A stretch of 64,000 nt of DNA from Methanobacteriota archaeon (GTDB taxonomy: Archaea; Thermoplasmatota; Thermoplasmata; SG8-5; JAGLSY01), in contig JAEHCO010000001.1 in assembly GCA_020697715.1 (NCBI GenBank), forward strand, positions 682,149-746,148, given 5' to 3'. A model generated the notes under the pieces. That model was not told the DNA's origin. It made no database searches and worked only from the letters and a program-made list of their open reading frames with translations. Shown here one piece after another: positions 1 through 10,354 of this stretch. Numbering within the stretch: the stretch's first letter is position 1; each line of letters begins with the position of its first letter. The position numbers and the translations under genes were made by a program.

Positions 1-95
1 CGCATCTATTCCCATCGAAGATGGGGGCAACAACATTGCGAGATCCTCGCTTTGATGTTCGACAAAAAACCTGCTTGATGCAGGAGGGTTGAAAA

Positions 96-2030
96 ATGAG
101 CGACAAAATATATCCAGTTCCAGAAGCCATGCGTGGTAAAGCACACATAAACAGCATGGAAGAGTACAAGAGAATGTATGAGGAATCTATCAGAGATCCA
201 GATGGATTTTGGGCAAATATAGCCGAGGAATTCACATGGTTCAAGAAGTGGGACTCTGTCAGGCAATATGACTTCACAGAAGGCCACATCAAATTCTTCG
301 AGGGTTCAAAGACCAACCTGTCCTACAATTGTCTGGACAGGCAGTTGGAGACCCGCGGAGATCAGGTAGCCATTATCTGGGAGGGCAATGAGCCCGGTGA
401 AGATTCCAAGCTCACTTACAGGCAGTTGCACACAGAAGTATGCAAATTCGCCAATGTCCTGAGAAAGATGGGTGTGAAGAAGGGTGACCGTGTCTGTATG
501 TACATGCAGATGCTTCCCGAGTTGCCTATCGCGATGCTGGCATGTGCCAGGATCGGTGCAGTTCACTCCATTGTTTTCGGAGCTTTCTCCTCAGACTCAC
601 TGAAGGACAGGATCAATGATTCCGAGTGCAAGATACTGATCACACAAGACACAGCCTTGAGGGGCAAGAAGCAGGATATACCAATGAAGACCAATGCTGA
701 CAAAGCTCTTGAGGAGTGCCCGAGCATCGAGAAGAACATTGTTTTCAAAAGGACTGGATTGGATGTCCCAATGCAGGCTGGTCGTGATGTCTGGTGGCAT
801 GAGGAAATGGATGCAGAGGACGTAAAGGGCGACAGCCCATGGGAGGAGATGGACGCGGAAGATCCACTCTTCATTCTCTACACCAGTGGTTCCACTGGAA
901 AGCCAAAGGGTGTTCTACACACAACTGCAGGATACATGGTCTACGCAGCTACGACTCACAAATACGTCTTCGATTACCAGGAAGGCGATATATACTGGTG
1001 CACAGCTGACATAGGCTGGATAACCGGTCACTCGTACATCGTATACGGTCCTCTCCTCAATGGAGCAACATCCATCATGTTCGAGGGAGTACCAAACTAT
1101 CCAGATGCCAGCAGGTTCTGGCAGATAGTGGACAAGTTCCAGGTAACACAGTTCTACACAGCCCCAACAGCCATCCGCGCCCTCATGAAAGAGGGAGATG
1201 GACCAGTTCAGAGCACTTCAAGGAAGAGCCTGAAACTCCTGGGTACTGTAGGAGAACCTATCAACCCAGAGGCTTGGAACTGGTACAATGAGGTCGTAGG
1301 TGACAGCAGGTGTCCAATTGTAGACACCTGGTGGCAGACCGAGACCGGTGGTATAATGATCACACCGCTTCCAGGAGCTATTCCAACAAAGCCAGGTTCT
1401 GCAACACTGCCTTTCTTCGGTGTTGAGCCTTTCCTCGTTGACGACACAGGAAAAGAACTGGAAGGCGCGACAAGCGGAATACTTCTGCTCAGGGGCGCAT
1501 GGCCAGGAATCATGAGGACTGTTTACGGACATCACCAGAGGTTCAAGGACGTCTACTTCTCCATGTTCCCAGGATCATACTTCACTGGCGATGGTGCAAG
1601 GCGTGATGAGGATGGCTACTGGTGGATAACTGGTAGGATCGACGACGTCATCAATGTCTCAGGACACAGGATGGGAACCGCCGAGGTGGAATCCGCACTT
1701 GTTTCCAACCCAGCAGTTGCAGAAGCAGCTGTTGTTGGATATCCCCACGATATCAAGGGACAGGGCATATACGCTTATGTCACCCTAAAGACCGGCCAGG
1801 AGTACACAGAAGAGCTGAGGAAGGAACTCAGGACCCATGTCAGGAAGGAGATCGGACCAATAGCAACACCCGATGTCATTCACTGGGCTCCAGGACTTCC
1901 AAAGACCAGGTCCGGAAAGATCATGAGGCGTGTCTTGAGAAAGATCGCATCCAAGGAATACGATCAGGTCGGAGATGTCTCCACACTGGCAGATCCAAGT
2001 GTGGTCGATGATCTGATGAAAGAATCCTAA
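96..2030 (+). CDS. acs: acetyl-CoA synthetase (AMP-forming)
   Basis: [14 protein letters not shown]-binding motif, [22 protein letters not shown]; SD GGAGG at 83-87. Confidence 0.97.
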   Translation: MSDKIYPVPEAMRGKAHINSMEEYKRMYEESIRDPDGFWANIAEEFTWFKKWDSVRQYDFTEGHIKFFEGSKTNLSYNCLDRQLETRGDQVAIIWEGNEPGEDSKLTYRQLHTEVCKFANVLRKMGVKKGDRVCMYMQMLPELPIAMLACARIGAVHSIVFGAFSSDSLKDRINDSECKILITQDTALRGKKQDIPMKTNADKALEECPSIEKNIVFKRTGLDVPMQAGRDVWWHEEMDAEDVKGDSPWEEMDAEDPLFILYTSGSTGKPKGVLHTTAGYMVYAATTHKYVFDYQEGDIYWCTADIGWITGHSYIVYGPLLNGATSIMFEGVPNYPDASRFWQIVDKFQVTQFYTAPTAIRALMKEGDGPVQSTSRKSLKLLGTVGEPINPEAWNWYNEVVGDSRCPIVDTWWQTETGGIMITPLPGAIPTKPGSATLPFFGVEPFLVDDTGKELEGATSGILLLRGAWPGIMRTVYGHHQRFKDVYFSMFPGSYFTGDGARRDEDGYWWITGRIDDVINVSGHRMGTAEVESALVSNPAVAEAAVVGYPHDIKGQGIYAYVTLKTGQEYTEELRKELRTHVRKEIGPIATPDVIHWAPGLPKTRSGKIMRRVLRKIASKEYDQVGDVSTLADPSVVDDLMKES

Positions 2031-2046
2031 GCCAGGAACAATGAAA

Positions 2047-2082
2047 GGGCTCGCTTTGAAGGCGAGCCCACTTTTCCTTTTA
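2047..2082 (+). terminator. hairpin plus U-rich tract after acs
   Basis: GGGCTCGCT-TTGA-AGGCGAGCCC-type stem followed by CTTTTCCTTTT. Confidence 0.7.
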
Positions 2083-2166
2083 TTAGATAATCTATTTTCC
2101 TTTTATTGCATTATTCTTTTAATTAAAATAACTAAAATAGCTAAAAAATATTCGATCAAATTCGTT

Positions 2167-2913
2167 CTATATATCCTTCTTCATGAACCAGACCGCTCCA
2201 GCAATGTACAATACGATGGTTAGGACCAGGACCACGAGAAGAGAACCTGCCAGTGGCTGGCCCGCCATCACCCTGAACCCATATGCCAAAGGATTGAGTA
2301 TGGATGGTTCCTCACCAGGATTGGCCATCATACCGAAGGCGTAGGTGAAGGATAGGAAAAGAGAGGTCGCGAACCCCGCCAGTACAGTCGGCGTGGTGGA
2401 TCTCAGAGGAACACTGTAGAAGAAGGTCAGGGACATGACGAACAGTAAAAGAGGTAATATCATCACCTGGTGAATGAGGAAGAGTGGGAGGTCCAATCCT
2501 CCTATTATGGCCCATGCAATGACACCTGCGACCATGGAACCCGCGAGGAATATCACGATAAAGGAGATCACAGATGAGAGGCTTCTTTTGAGCAGGTATT
2601 GGAGGCGGGATTCAGGTCGTGCCAGCATGATCTCCAGAGTGCCATCGTCCACCGGGTCGCTGACCATGAAGGCCCCGAAACTGACCACCATTAATAGAAG
2701 TAATTTCAGAACATCCTCGAACCACAGATATTCAAATACCCCGGCAGAACCATCTGGTGTGGCAGATTCCAAGGCGGCCCTCAATCCCTCTGGTGAGTAT
2801 TCCACCATGGCCGCGAAGGTGAGGGCGAAGAGTCCCATCAATACAATGGAATATGTCGCTCTCTTGGAAAGCAGCATCGTCTTGATATCAATGATCAAAG
2901 GTTCGAAGTTCAT
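2167..2913 (-). CDS. ABC-2 type transporter permease
   Basis: about 6 TM segments, GTLEIMLARPESR motif; overlaps the upstream permease. Confidence 0.85.
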   Translation of the reverse strand: MNFEPLIIDIKTMLLSKRATYSIVLMGLFALTFAAMVEYSPEGLRAALESATPDGSAGVFEYLWFEDVLKLLLLMVVSFGAFMVSDPVDDGTLEIMLARPESRLQYLLKRSLSSVISFIVIFLAGSMVAGVIAWAIIGGLDLPLFLIHQVMILPLLLFVMSLTFFYSVPLRSTTPTVLAGFATSLFLSFTYAFGMMANPGEEPSILNPLAYGFRVMAGQPLAGSLLVVLVLTIVLYIAGAVWFMKKDI

Positions 2914-3695
2914 AGGTCCTCTTTCTTGAATTTCATTATGGCCAGTGCCATGAAGGGCACACAGAATAGTATCATTACCAGCATATATCCAATATACAGA
3001 CCCGCTGTCACTTCATGGGTCGTGAAGTAAGTGGCATAGTAATGTGGGGTGAATTTGGCCAGAGCCAGCAATGCATCGGAGTTGTATTTCATCGCGTTTG
3101 GGGTCATGATGAAAGAGAAGGTTCCAAAGCCTATGAGGAATGATATAAGATTTGACTTGGCCAGTGTGGAGATAAATAGTGCGACACATAATGTGAATAT
3201 CCCCAGGAGGTACATGAGGCCGGCAGTGGCCAGGTACGCTCCTGCAGTTAATGCAGGCACCTGTGGTTGAATGACAAAGTAGCCTGGTATCAGGGTCCCA
3301 AAGAACATGATGCTGAATGCCAATGATGCGGATCCCAGGTTGATGAACATGTACTGGGTACGAGTGATGGGGCGTGAAAGAAGAATGCCTATCCTCTCTC
3401 CCTTCTTGTCTCCACAGACCGCATCGAATATGAACAATGGGGCTGTGAACAGGGTGACCAATTTGGTCAAAGCGCCGTCAAAGAAAAACCATTGGAATCT
3501 CATATCTGGATTGTCATTGAAGAGATTGATGAGCTCTCCATAGATCGTGCTGGATTCCATCAGCGTGTCGATCAGATAAGCTCCTGCGATGACCATGTAA
3601 ATGGACATGAGAAGAGCTATCAGACCACGGACAGAGAATATCAGGGTCAGAGCCCGGTTCCATATGATCACAGGATAATTTACTTTATTATCCAT
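2910..3695 (-). CDS. ABC-2 type transporter permease
   Basis: multi-TM, ERIGILLSRPITR motif, in operon with ABC ATPase. Confidence 0.85.
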   Translation of the reverse strand: MDNKVNYPVIIWNRALTLIFSVRGLIALLMSIYMVIAGAYLIDTLMESSTIYGELINLFNDNPDMRFQWFFFDGALTKLVTLFTAPLFIFDAVCGDKKGERIGILLSRPITRTQYMFINLGSASLAFSIMFFGTLIPGYFVIQPQVPALTAGAYLATAGLMYLLGIFTLCVALFISTLAKSNLISFLIGFGTFSFIMTPNAMKYNSDALLALAKFTPHYYATYFTTHEVTAGLYIGYMLVMILFCVPFMALAIMKFKKEDL

Positions 3696-4413
3696 GTCTA
3701 GCCACCTTCAGGAATACTTCATCCAGGTCTTTACACTCGTGCTTGGTTCTCAGTTCTTCCGGGCTACCCTGTTCGATGAGCAAACCCTCGTGAATTATAC
3801 CAACAGTGTCACAGATCTTCTCCACGTCACTGAGAATGTGAGTTGAGAATATCACGGTCTTGCCCCTTTCTGCAAAGGCCTTCATCGCGTCCAGGACTTC
3901 ATTTCGCCCCAGTGGGTCGAGGCCCGTGGTAGGCTCGTCAAAGAGAAGGATATCGGGGTTGTGGATCATGGCCTGGGCTATCCCCACGCGCTGTTTATTG
4001 CCCTTGCTCAGGGTCTTTATTTTCCTATCCAGGTTATCAGTGAGATTGATCTCCGAGGCTATGGATTCGATCGCCTTGGCCACATCCTCCTTGGACATAC
4101 CGCTCAGTATACCCATGTAAGTGAGGAATTTACGAGGCGTGTCTCCACCTGGCATCCCATATGATTCAGGGAGATAGCCAATATGCTTTCGAGCCTCCAC
4201 GCCATTGTTTATGACATCTATACCTTTTATGCTGGCCTTTCCGCCAGTAGCATAGACAAGACCCACCAGTATCTTCAATGTGGTGGATTTTCCTGCGCCA
4301 TTTGGACCACAGAATCCATAGACCTGGCCTTCTTCCACCACCAGATCCAGCCCTTTCAAGGCCTGCACATCCTTATAATCCTTTTTAAGTTGTTTTATCT
4401 CGATCGCACCCAT
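3688..4413 (-). CDS. ABC transporter ATP-binding protein (CcmA/DrrA-like exporter)
   Basis: Walker A GPNGAGKST, signature LSKGNKQR, Walker B LLFDEPT. Confidence 0.95.
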   Translation of the reverse strand: MGAIEIKQLKKDYKDVQALKGLDLVVEEGQVYGFCGPNGAGKSTTLKILVGLVYATGGKASIKGIDVINNGVEARKHIGYLPESYGMPGGDTPRKFLTYMGILSGMSKEDVAKAIESIASEINLTDNLDRKIKTLSKGNKQRVGIAQAMIHNPDILLFDEPTTGLDPLGRNEVLDAMKAFAERGKTVIFSTHILSDVEKICDTVGIIHEGLLIEQGSPEELRTKHECKDLDEVFLKVARHG

Positions 4414-4567
4414 ATTATCTCCTCATCATCTCCATATGTCGAATATATATAAAAGTAATATGGGAATGCCTTGGGAACCCGCATTTGATCAATATCTTCA
4501 TTTAGCAATTAAACGAAGCGAAAAACGTAAACACATATGTGCGATACATGTTCGGTAGAGTGATAAA

Positions 4568-6784
4568 ATGCCCAATAAAACCATTACCTTGAAGGTGGAG
4601 AAAGCACAGAGCCAATCGGATGTCGGTCTAGGCAAGGCCAGGATAGACACGCAAACACGCATGTCTGCAGGTGTGGAGGTCGGTGATGTGATAGAGATCA
4701 CCGGTAAGAACACCACGGCTGCCAAAGTGTACCGCATGCTTCAGGAGGATGAGGGCAAAGGCCTCATTCGAATGTGCAATCTACTCAGGCTGAGCGCGGG
4801 AATATCCCCGGGGGACAAGGTGGAGATCTCCAAGGCGGAAGTACAACCAGCCCAGAAAGTCACATTAGCACCTTCGATCTCCAAGGGCATGAAATTAAGA
4901 TTCAGTGAGGGCATCGAGCCCTTTATAAAAAGAAGCCTGGGGCAGAGGCCGATCGTCAAAGGCGATACGATTCTGATACCCGGTGTGGGATTGAGTGGTA
5001 ATATTCCTTTTGTCGTTACAGCGGCCAGTCCCAAAGGCATTATCCAAGTCACTGTGGACACACATCTGACCATCAAGGACGAGGCCGCGAGCGAGAGCGA
5101 GATGAGCCTCGGAGCTGTGGCTTATGAAGATGTGGGAGGTCTGGATGAAGAATTGCAGAGGGTGAGGGAGATGATCGAACTCCCATTGAAACATCCTGAA
5201 TTGTTCAGAAGACTGGGTATAGATCCGCCAAAAGGAGTTTTGCTCTATGGACCTCCAGGTACAGGTAAGACCCTCATTGCTAAAGCAGTGGCCAATGAGG
5301 CAGGAGCTGCTTTCTATTCCATACAGGGCCCGGAGATAATCTCCAAATTCTATGGCCAGAGCGAGGAAAAACTACGAGAGAAGTTCGAGGAGGCCGAGGC
5401 AAATGCGCCCTCCGTCATATTCATCGATGAACTAGATTCCATCGCTCCCAAGCGGGACGAGGTCCAGGGAGAAGTAGAGCGTCGGGTGGTGGCCCAATTG
5501 CTCACTCTCATGGACGGACTCAGTGACCGTGGAAATCTTATCGTGATAGCGGCCACCAACCGCGAGGATTCCATAGACCCCGCATTGCGCCGTGGAGGAA
5601 GGTTTGACAGGGAGATCGAAATAGGAGTGCCCAGTAAGAAAGGTAGAAAAGAGGTCATGGAGATCCATACGAGAATGATGCCCATCACGGGGGACGAAAA
5701 AGAACGCTCCATCATGCTGGAAGAGCTGGCATCCATCACCCACGGGTTTGTGGGAGCGGACTTAGCAGCCCTTGCACGTGAGGCGGCCATGAAGGCGCTT
5801 CGAAGATATATTCCGGAATTCGACCTGGACCAGCCGGTCCCACCAGAGGTCATCGAGAAGATGGAGGTCACCCGCGAGGATTTCATGAACGCGCTGAAGG
5901 AAGTGGAACCCAGTGCCATGCGGGAAGTGATGGTGGAAGTTCCGCAGGTCACTTGGAACGATGTCGGGGGACTGGAAGACGTGAAGATCGTTCTAAAAGA
6001 AGCTGTCGAGCTTCCGTTAAAAGATCCGGAAGCTTTCAAGAGGATCGGCATCAGACCTCCGCGTGGTGTTCTGATGTATGGACCTCCAGGTACAGGAAAG
6101 ACAATGCTGGCTAAGGCAGTGGCCAATGAATCCGAGGCGAATTTCATCTCGGTGAAAGGGCCAGAAATAATGTCAAAATGGGTGGGCGAGAGTGAAAAGG
6201 CGGTTCGCCAGATATTCAAAAAGGCGAAGCAGGTTTCCCCATCGATAGTCTTCCTGGATGAGATAGACTCCATCGCACCAGCGCGGGGAGCCAGTAGGGA
6301 TTCCGGTGTCACGGAAAGGATAGTGAATCAATTACTGACATCGATAGACGGTATGGAATCCATGGAAGGCATTGTCGTGATAGCGGCCACTAATAGACCG
6401 GACATCATGGATCATGGTCTTTTAAGACCCGGAAGGTTCGACAGGCTCGTGTATGTGGGAGTGCCGGATAAAAAAGCAAGGGAGACCATATTCCAGGTTC
6501 ATATAGACGGTATGCCTCTTGATGATGTGGAAGCCCGCTGGCTTGCGAGCCAGACAGATGGATTCGTGGGAGCGGACATCGAGAATCTTTGCAGAGAAGC
6601 GGGCATGATCGCCCTCCGCAAGGATATTGATTCCAAGAGCGTGACAAAGAAGGATTTCAAGGAAGCCCTGGAGATCATCAAAGCCTCCACCACCAAAGAA
6701 ACTATCAAATATTACGAGGGCATTAGGGAAGACTTGGAAACAGGCGTAGATAGGAAAGAGAAAGATCCAATATACTATGCCTAA
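4568..6784 (+). CDS. cdc48: CDC48/VCP (VAT) family AAA ATPase
   Basis: N-domain plus two AAA modules (GPPGTGKT twice, IFIDELD/VFLDEID, GRFDR twice), C-terminal HbYX-like IYYA. Confidence 0.96.
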   Translation: MPNKTITLKVEKAQSQSDVGLGKARIDTQTRMSAGVEVGDVIEITGKNTTAAKVYRMLQEDEGKGLIRMCNLLRLSAGISPGDKVEISKAEVQPAQKVTLAPSISKGMKLRFSEGIEPFIKRSLGQRPIVKGDTILIPGVGLSGNIPFVVTAASPKGIIQVTVDTHLTIKDEAASESEMSLGAVAYEDVGGLDEELQRVREMIELPLKHPELFRRLGIDPPKGVLLYGPPGTGKTLIAKAVANEAGAAFYSIQGPEIISKFYGQSEEKLREKFEEAEANAPSVIFIDELDSIAPKRDEVQGEVERRVVAQLLTLMDGLSDRGNLIVIAATNREDSIDPALRRGGRFDREIEIGVPSKKGRKEVMEIHTRMMPITGDEKERSIMLEELASITHGFVGADLAALAREAAMKALRRYIPEFDLDQPVPPEVIEKMEVTREDFMNALKEVEPSAMREVMVEVPQVTWNDVGGLEDVKIVLKEAVELPLKDPEAFKRIGIRPPRGVLMYGPPGTGKTMLAKAVANESEANFISVKGPEIMSKWVGESEKAVRQIFKKAKQVSPSIVFLDEIDSIAPARGASRDSGVTERIVNQLLTSIDGMESMEGIVVIAATNRPDIMDHGLLRPGRFDRLVYVGVPDKKARETIFQVHIDGMPLDDVEARWLASQTDGFVGADIENLCREAGMIALRKDIDSKSVTKKDFKEALEIIKASTTKETIKYYEGIREDLETGVDRKEKDPIYYA

Positions 6785-6815
6785 GCTTCCTAAAATATGA
6801 CTTCAGAAAGGTGAT

Positions 6816-7058
6816 ATGATGAAGAAATTCGTGAGCGAACTCCGAGGAAAGACAGTGATGACAAATGATGGCCAGATACTCGGCATGATCGAGAATTTTG
6901 TTACAGATACAGTAACTGGCGAGCTACAGCACGTGCTCATCATACCAGCTGAAGAGATTGAAGTTCGCTTATTCCGAACTGATGCTCAGGGAAGGATAAT
7001 CCTTCCATTCAGCGAGATGAGGGCTGTTCGCGACGTTGTCGTGATGGATGTCGCTTAG
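6816..7058 (+). CDS. PRC-barrel domain protein (CdpB-like)
   Basis: 80 aa, SELRGKTVMTNDGQILG...TGEL...IPFSEMRAVRDVVV-type PRC pattern; SD GGTGA. Confidence 0.85.
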   Translation: MMKKFVSELRGKTVMTNDGQILGMIENFVTDTVTGELQHVLIIPAEEIEVRLFRTDAQGRIILPFSEMRAVRDVVVMDVA

Positions 7059-7134
7059 AGCGACATCACGGACATTGCCTAATTCTAATATCTGGCTATA
7101 TGTTTTATTGAACAGCGGTAGCCCTGTTCTAAAA

Positions 7135-7608
7135 TTATTCAATATTCAGCCATACCACTATCTGGCCTGCGCAAATATGACTATCTGGCCAGAAGCCCAA
7201 GCTGGTGTATAATTTCTCAGCCACCTTATTGTGAGGCTCGTAAGATAGACCCAATCGAACTGGCTGGCCACCATAATGCCCTCTGATCTTTGAGATCAAA
7301 AGCTCCATTGTTCTTCTGCCGAGGCCATTGCCCTGATATCTCTGGTCAAGCATAAGGCGTGTGAGCCAGGCAATTTTTTCCCCGCCTTCTGTTTCTGCCT
7401 CGGGTGTGTAGAATACACTGCCTACCATCGTATCATCATCATAAACTGCCAATACCTTTCGATCTGGGTAGATGTATGCCTGGGCCAATGTCATGGTATT
7501 TGGCTTCACGGACTTGAAATAAAAATTATCCTTCTGGTCTGGCTTGACCTCCAATTCCACAAATTCATGATAATTATCTTCTGTCACTTCTCTGAATTCA
7601 AGCGCCAT
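7135..7608 (-). CDS. GNAT family N-acetyltransferase (BltD/PaiA-like)
   Basis: RLMLDQRYQGNGLGR acetyl-CoA motif, NKVAEKLYTSLGF. Confidence 0.88.
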   Translation of the reverse strand: MALEFREVTEDNYHEFVELEVKPDQKDNFYFKSVKPNTMTLAQAYIYPDRKVLAVYDDDTMVGSVFYTPEAETEGGEKIAWLTRLMLDQRYQGNGLGRRTMELLISKIRGHYGGQPVRLGLSYEPHNKVAEKLYTSLGFWPDSHICAGQIVVWLNIE

Positions 7609-7711
7609 GACACCCTATTATCGCCTTGGATGAAAAAACTTGCGACCCTCATTTGGATCGCCCTCCCAAACTATATTATTCGCTTAAGGCATTCAACAGG
7701 ACGGTGTTAGC

Positions 7712-7981
7712 TTGAGCAATGCAGAAATATTCTTCAAAGTGGGGTTGATGGGCTTTTCCTTCATACTGTTCGCCATCTCCGCTATCTCGTACAAAAGGAT
7801 CAAGAGCCAGAGGCTATTGTTCGTAACAATAGCCTTCTCTATCTTCTTCGTGAAAGGACTTCTATTGACCGCGGGCATTTTCTCCGAGTCTGTGGGAGAT
7901 ATGTTCAATTCATCCATCGAGGTGATAATCCTGGATTTCGTCATTTTGATAATGCTTTATCTGGGAATAGCGAAGAAATAG
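7712..7981 (+). CDS. small 3-TM membrane protein
   Basis: 89 aa, three hydrophobic helices, SYKR...RLLFV motif; TTG start; directly upstream of a wHTH gene. Confidence 0.75.
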   Translation: MSNAEIFFKVGLMGFSFILFAISAISYKRIKSQRLLFVTIAFSIFFVKGLLLTAGIFSESVGDMFNSSIEVIILDFVILIMLYLGIAKK

Positions 7982-8020
7982 TGCGAAAGTGCGATAGTAC
8001 GAAAATACAGGAGCAGTTGA

Positions 8021-8548
8021 ATGGAAGGAGACATCCTCGAACTTGAAAATAGGCGTTTGATCTACCAGCTTATTTCGAAGTATCCTGGAATGTATCTCCG
8101 AGAGATCGAGAAGAACCTCGGACTGGCCGTCGGGGTTTTGGAATACCATCTCAGCCACATGGTGAAGAACGAGATACTCACCGTGGAGGAGGATGGCAAC
8201 CGGATAAGATATTTTGTCACTGGCGGTGTGAACTACGGCGACAAGAACACGATCGGCCTTCTGAGGCAGAAGATTCCCAGAAGGGTCGTTCTTTATCTGA
8301 TGCTGAACCCGAATGTGAAGTTCAAAGATGTATTGGAACAATTCGAGGTTTCCAAATCCACTCTCTCATTCCACATTAAGAAGCTGGTGGATGCCCATCT
8401 GGTCGAGGCAACCAAAGAAGGAAGGGAAACATCCTACGAGGTCATTGACCCGGAGACAGTGGCGAGAATTATTCTCACTTACAAGGCCAGCTTTTTGGAT
8501 TCATTGGTTGATAGATTTGCGGAAACTTGGCTGGAGATGAATCCATGA
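8021..8548 (+). CDS. tandem winged-helix transcriptional regulator (ArsR/MarR-like, archaeal)
   Basis: two HTH repeats (YPGMYLREIEKNLGLAVGVLEYHL; FKDVLEQFEVSKSTLSFHIKKL). Confidence 0.88.
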   Translation: MEGDILELENRRLIYQLISKYPGMYLREIEKNLGLAVGVLEYHLSHMVKNEILTVEEDGNRIRYFVTGGVNYGDKNTIGLLRQKIPRRVVLYLMLNPNVKFKDVLEQFEVSKSTLSFHIKKLVDAHLVEATKEGRETSYEVIDPETVARIILTYKASFLDSLVDRFAETWLEMNP

Positions 8549-8654
8549 GCAAGAACCCACGAGTGAGTTAAATTTTCTGCAATGGCTTCAAAGGAGAGTC
8601 CTACTTTTTCTTTTTACCAAAGGTCTATATGGTTTAGTTGTTGTTTACAGGCGA

Positions 8655-10220
8655 GTGGAAGAGATGGAAAAATGTCTTAATTGTGGAAGCACTAATCTCA
8701 AGTTATATGAAGATGGTTCTGGCTATTGTTTAGATTGTGATGATACATTCGTGAATATAACCACCCATATACCAAAGAAGAGAATTATAGTAGAAAAAAA
8801 TGATGAAATAAAACACAACGATGTAGAAAGAGATTGGAAGGAAAGGATTCTAACTATGTTAGGGGTTCTGTTTCTCCTTTTAGGTATAATTACTATTGGA
8901 CTGGCCATTTATTATTTGGCCTTATTAAATGCTTTTGGTGTCATTTCCCCCCTTGTGATTTTTGAATTTCTTGGTGGCGCAGCTTTTTTGTATGCTGGAT
9001 TGTCTGTAAAACAAGGTGAGGTAAAGAAAGCCGTTGTCAGCTTAATCTTGGTAGCAGTCTTTATGTTAGATTTTGGCATTGAAGATTATCTTTCAGAAGG
9101 ATACTATGATTTCATCTGCTTAATCCCATCTCTGTTGGTTTTAATAGTGGTAATTTTCATAGTGTTATTACAGAACCATAACGAATCTCCTCCAAATAAG
9201 GGATTGAATAGGAAATTACTGGCCATTATTATTGTATTGATTGTGGTTGTGGCAAGTTTAAGTTATTTCTCTTTTTCAGAACCGATGCCAATCAATCCTA
9301 ATGACCCAAATTTTTATGACAGATACCCAAGGAATCCAGAAGATTTAAATTCAATATATATCGAAAGTAGCACATTATTATGGGGAAATTACACTCATGA
9401 ATATGCTTCAACCTCTAACTTGTTAACTGTTCAGATTACTCCTACGATTCAAGATCTAGCTAATAGTTTCAAGGATTCTTATCCAGATGATATTGTGCAG
9501 CAAGCAAAAGCTGCATATAATTATGTGGCGGAGGAAATTGATTATGTAGAAGACATAGATTTTGTAAATGATGTAATAACTGAAGTTTCATATCCTGTGA
9601 CTACATTAACAACAAAAGAAGGAATATGTAGTGAATATGCATCACTTCTTGCGTCTTTGTTGTATGCAGGGGGTCTAAAAGATGTTGCTATTGTATTTAC
9701 TACTGGTGAGATCAATGGAATTATACTTACTCACGCATATGTTGCAGTAAAGATTCCATCATTTTCTCCACCACAGAACAGTGTTCAGGAAAGTATAGAA
9801 TCATATCTGGGAGAGGGGTGGATTGGTTTAGATCCAACAAATTCTCTGACAGGTGAATATTGCGATTTCGCAGAATTAGATCCTACCTGGGAATATCATT
9901 GGAACATAACTACTATAGTTGGGGTCCCCGTTTACGGAGCGGTATTTACCTTTGATTTAGATAATAATTATGATTTTAAATTAGGCTACTACTTAGATGT
10001 TGAATGTGAACTATATGCTTTCGAGCACGATCTGGACAATGATGTAACATTCACCTTTGAATTGAGAGAAGACAATGTTCCAATAGATAGAGAAGTGATT
10101 AACGTAACATGCGGACAGGATACACTCACAAAAATCGAATTTGAGTTGGGCTATTTAGATGATTATGAAGTTGATGATTACTATGATTCAGTGATAATTT
10201 ATCTATACATTGAACCATGA
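8655..10220 (+). CDS. membrane-anchored transglutaminase-like (Cys-His-Asp) protein with N-terminal Zn ribbon
   Basis: CLNC...CLDC, about 5 TM helices, GICSEYASLL / THAYVAV / WIGLDPT triad; visibly lower GC than flanks. Confidence 0.8.
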   Translation: MEEMEKCLNCGSTNLKLYEDGSGYCLDCDDTFVNITTHIPKKRIIVEKNDEIKHNDVERDWKERILTMLGVLFLLLGIITIGLAIYYLALLNAFGVISPLVIFEFLGGAAFLYAGLSVKQGEVKKAVVSLILVAVFMLDFGIEDYLSEGYYDFICLIPSLLVLIVVIFIVLLQNHNESPPNKGLNRKLLAIIIVLIVVVASLSYFSFSEPMPINPNDPNFYDRYPRNPEDLNSIYIESSTLLWGNYTHEYASTSNLLTVQITPTIQDLANSFKDSYPDDIVQQAKAAYNYVAEEIDYVEDIDFVNDVITEVSYPVTTLTTKEGICSEYASLLASLLYAGGLKDVAIVFTTGEINGIILTHAYVAVKIPSFSPPQNSVQESIESYLGEGWIGLDPTNSLTGEYCDFAELDPTWEYHWNITTIVGVPVYGAVFTFDLDNNYDFKLGYYLDVECELYAFEHDLDNDVTFTFELREDNVPIDREVINVTCGQDTLTKIEFELGYLDDYEVDDYYDSVIIYLYIEP

Positions 10221-10354
10221 AATGCTACGAATCCATTTAGACCCGTATGATCAGGATTCCTTCTGGGTAAGATCGAGCTTCTGCCAGGGTGAAATAGATT
10301 CACCCACCCCCTCATATCATATTTATACCATCTGAAACAATATCCAATGGGATC

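Noticed and set aside
5350-6312. 320-aa antisense ORF and the many other overlapping ORFs in the track
   Set aside because: These are shadows of well-conserved genes (here cdc48), Ser/Ile-rich antisense translations without motifs.
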